Shown here piece by piece: positions 62,643-64,000 of a stretch of 64,000 nucleotides of DNA. Each line of letters begins with the position of its first letter. Position 1 is the first letter of the stretch. The position numbers were made by a program, and so were the translations under genes. Source of the stretch: a virus; the IMG/VR virus record IMGVR_UViG_3300028840_006004, positions 1-64,000 of that record; one strand, given 5' to 3'. The notes under the pieces were generated by a model. That model was not told where the DNA came from, ran no database searches, and was given only the letters and a program-made list of their open reading frames with translations.

Positions 62643-63124
62643 TTGCCATTCTTTTTGTACACTACGATAATGTAAGTTTCTTCTTGCGAAGATAATACGA
62701 AATGCCATTCACCGGGTTCCACAATTTCAATTTCACCAATTTCTGTCAATGAAGCTTCCCTTACAATCTTTAACATATCAGCGTCTTCATAGACTTTTAC
62801 TGTAAATTTTCCTTTGATTAAAATAAATTTTTCCACCATGTTATGATGGTGGTGAAAGATTGATTTTGAATTTGGATAAAGTTTTGTAATTGAGTAACTC
62901 CAATTTGAGCTGTCTTCGCCTAAACCCATTATCTTCATGTAACCGCATTCAATAGCCTCCCTCGGCACCGGCATCCACATATCCTGACGAATTTCAGCAA
63001 TAGGTCTTCCTTTGGCCTCAAGTGTTATTTTTTCCATGACATTATCAAGGGCTTTTACAGCTTCTCTTGATGCTATTTCAGGATCGTTACACATAGGTTT
63101 AATTTTTAGTATTGTTTTGAACAT
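62639..63124 (-). CDS. cupin-domain protein
   Basis: HHHHNMVEKFILIKG...VEPGEWH cupin motifs. Confidence 0.8.
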   Translation of the reverse strand: MFKTILKIKPMCNDPEIASREAVKALDNVMEKITLEAKGRPIAEIRQDMWMPVPREAIECGYMKIMGLGEDSSNWSYSITKLYPNSKSIFHHHHNMVEKFILIKGKFTVKVYEDADMLKIVREASLTEIGEIEIVEPGEWHFVLSSQEETYIIVVYKKNGK

Positions 63125-63485
63125 TGATCAGTATTTCGTGATCTCTGTCCTGGTTATTCAAAATCTTTTCATGCTCTCTTGATATCATATCGCTTTTAAC
63201 ATCGTAAAGTGAAGCGACTGAAAGAGCTTTGTCAGCAAGATCATTTATTCTGTCATCCCTTTTTTTTAATTCCTCTTTATGAGCATCACAGGTTTCCAGA
63301 CAGGCTTTCTCATGCTTATCAATAATGTCTTTGATCATTTGTTTATGCTCTTTTTTTAATTGCTTGGTATCCTTATACTGATACCACGCAATGAGCCCAA
63401 GCAAGACAATTATTGGAGGCTGCATAAACAGCCAACCCCACTGGTCCGACACAGGAACCTGCAATATGACGAACAATTCATCCAT
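63099..63485 (-). CDS. single-TM coiled-coil membrane protein (holin/antiholin-like)
   Basis: QPPIIVLLGLIAWYQY followed by a charged coiled coil. Confidence 0.55.
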   Translation of the reverse strand: MDELFVILQVPVSDQWGWLFMQPPIIVLLGLIAWYQYKDTKQLKKEHKQMIKDIIDKHEKACLETCDAHKEELKKRDDRINDLADKALSVASLYDVKSDMISREHEKILNNQDRDHEILINVQNNTKN

Positions 63486-63502
63486 AACAAAATTAACCCA
63501 AT

Positions 63503-64000
63503 TTACTTTATGTATTCATTCCTGCTTCCCCAGGAATCTATTTGATAGTGAATATCAAATTCAAGAAGTTTTGCATCTGCTCCATAACCATCTCCACCAT
63601 CACCACCAATCCTGGCAATTTCAACTTTCATCATGGCACTTACAGAATCGATACCAGTCATGTCAATATCTCCAAGCTCTGTTAATAAATGCTCTCCTGC
63701 AGTATCATTATCAGTAATGATAGAGGTGGTTTTAATACCAAGATCAGTCCATGTTCCAGGATAAACATCTCCAAGTTTAGCAATCTGATATCTCATCCTC
63801 CATGCAACATTTCCTGTTGCTGAGGTTGTTTTATGCCAGTGAACATGTGGACTTACTATTGATTCTAATTTCCATTTATGTGGAAACTGCACCTGAAAAA
63901 ATAGAAGCTCAGTAGAGCCAGGATCAAACAACCAGCATCCGTCAGTTGGATCAATATCAGGATCCGAAGCAGCTCCCGGTGGATTTACTGCTGAAGCGGG
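63503..64000 (-). CDS. partial virion structural protein (5' end outside the window)
   Basis: Frame stays open from 64000 (PASAVNPPGAASDPD...); beta-rich. Confidence 0.65.
   Translation of the reverse strand, partial: PASAVNPPGAASDPDIDPTDGCWLFDPGSTELLFFQVQFPHKWKLESIVSPHVHWHKTTSATGNVAWRMRYQIAKLGDVYPGTWTDLGIKTTSIITDNDTAGEHLLTELGDIDMTGIDSVSAMMKVEIARIGGDGGDGYGADAKLLEFDIHYQIDSWGSRNEYIK

Larger units (their letters stand above)
1..64000. mobile_element. crAss-like (Crassvirales-type) bacteriophage genome segment
   Basis: Gene order terminase-portal-scaffold-MCP-rings-auxiliary capsid-IHF-ring-muzzle-ejection proteins-giant vRNAP with GSDYDID motif; dense small phage ORFs; no cellular housekeeping genes. 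Confidence 0.93.

Noticed and set aside
13376-64000. Stop-codon reassignment (TAG or TGA recoding known in some crAss-like phages)
   Set aside because: Code 11 gives intact full-length genes, including a 20-kb ORF; TGA ends several genes and no gene is fragmented by in-frame TAG or TGA

Overview
A 64-kb segment of a crAss-like (Crassvirales-type) podophage genome, probably infecting a Bacteroidota host (TAnnTTTG promoters, A-rich translation starts without Shine-Dalgarno sequences). The standard genetic code gives near-complete coding density. Two transcription arms converge on a bidirectional terminator at about 13331-13357. The plus-strand arm (1-13323) holds small early/middle genes: an ECF-type sigma factor, a ParB-domain protein, an SSB-like protein, an ASCH protein, a C5 cytosine methyltransferase, an HTH-PAPS-reductase fusion, a RuvC-like resolvase and an HNH protein. 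It also has a structured non-coding region at about 2766-3209. The minus-strand arm (13376-64000) is the virion module: membrane/lysis genes, terminase, portal, scaffold, major capsid, ring and auxiliary capsid proteins, an IHF-like protein, a lysozyme, the muzzle/stabilisation protein, ejection proteins, tail fibres and one 6810-aa ORF. That ORF joins a crAss-type virion RNA polymerase (DYDID) with an SF1 helicase, a degenerate PD-(D/E)xK-like domain and two HExxH zincin-like motifs. The best leads are this polyvalent vRNAP protein, a promoter-RNA-terminator unit followed by a larger structured region, and a DNA-modification cassette bracketed by identical 32-bp repeats that form in-frame joints of mosaic genes. 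All calls come from motif recognition and gene order by eye; no database search was run.
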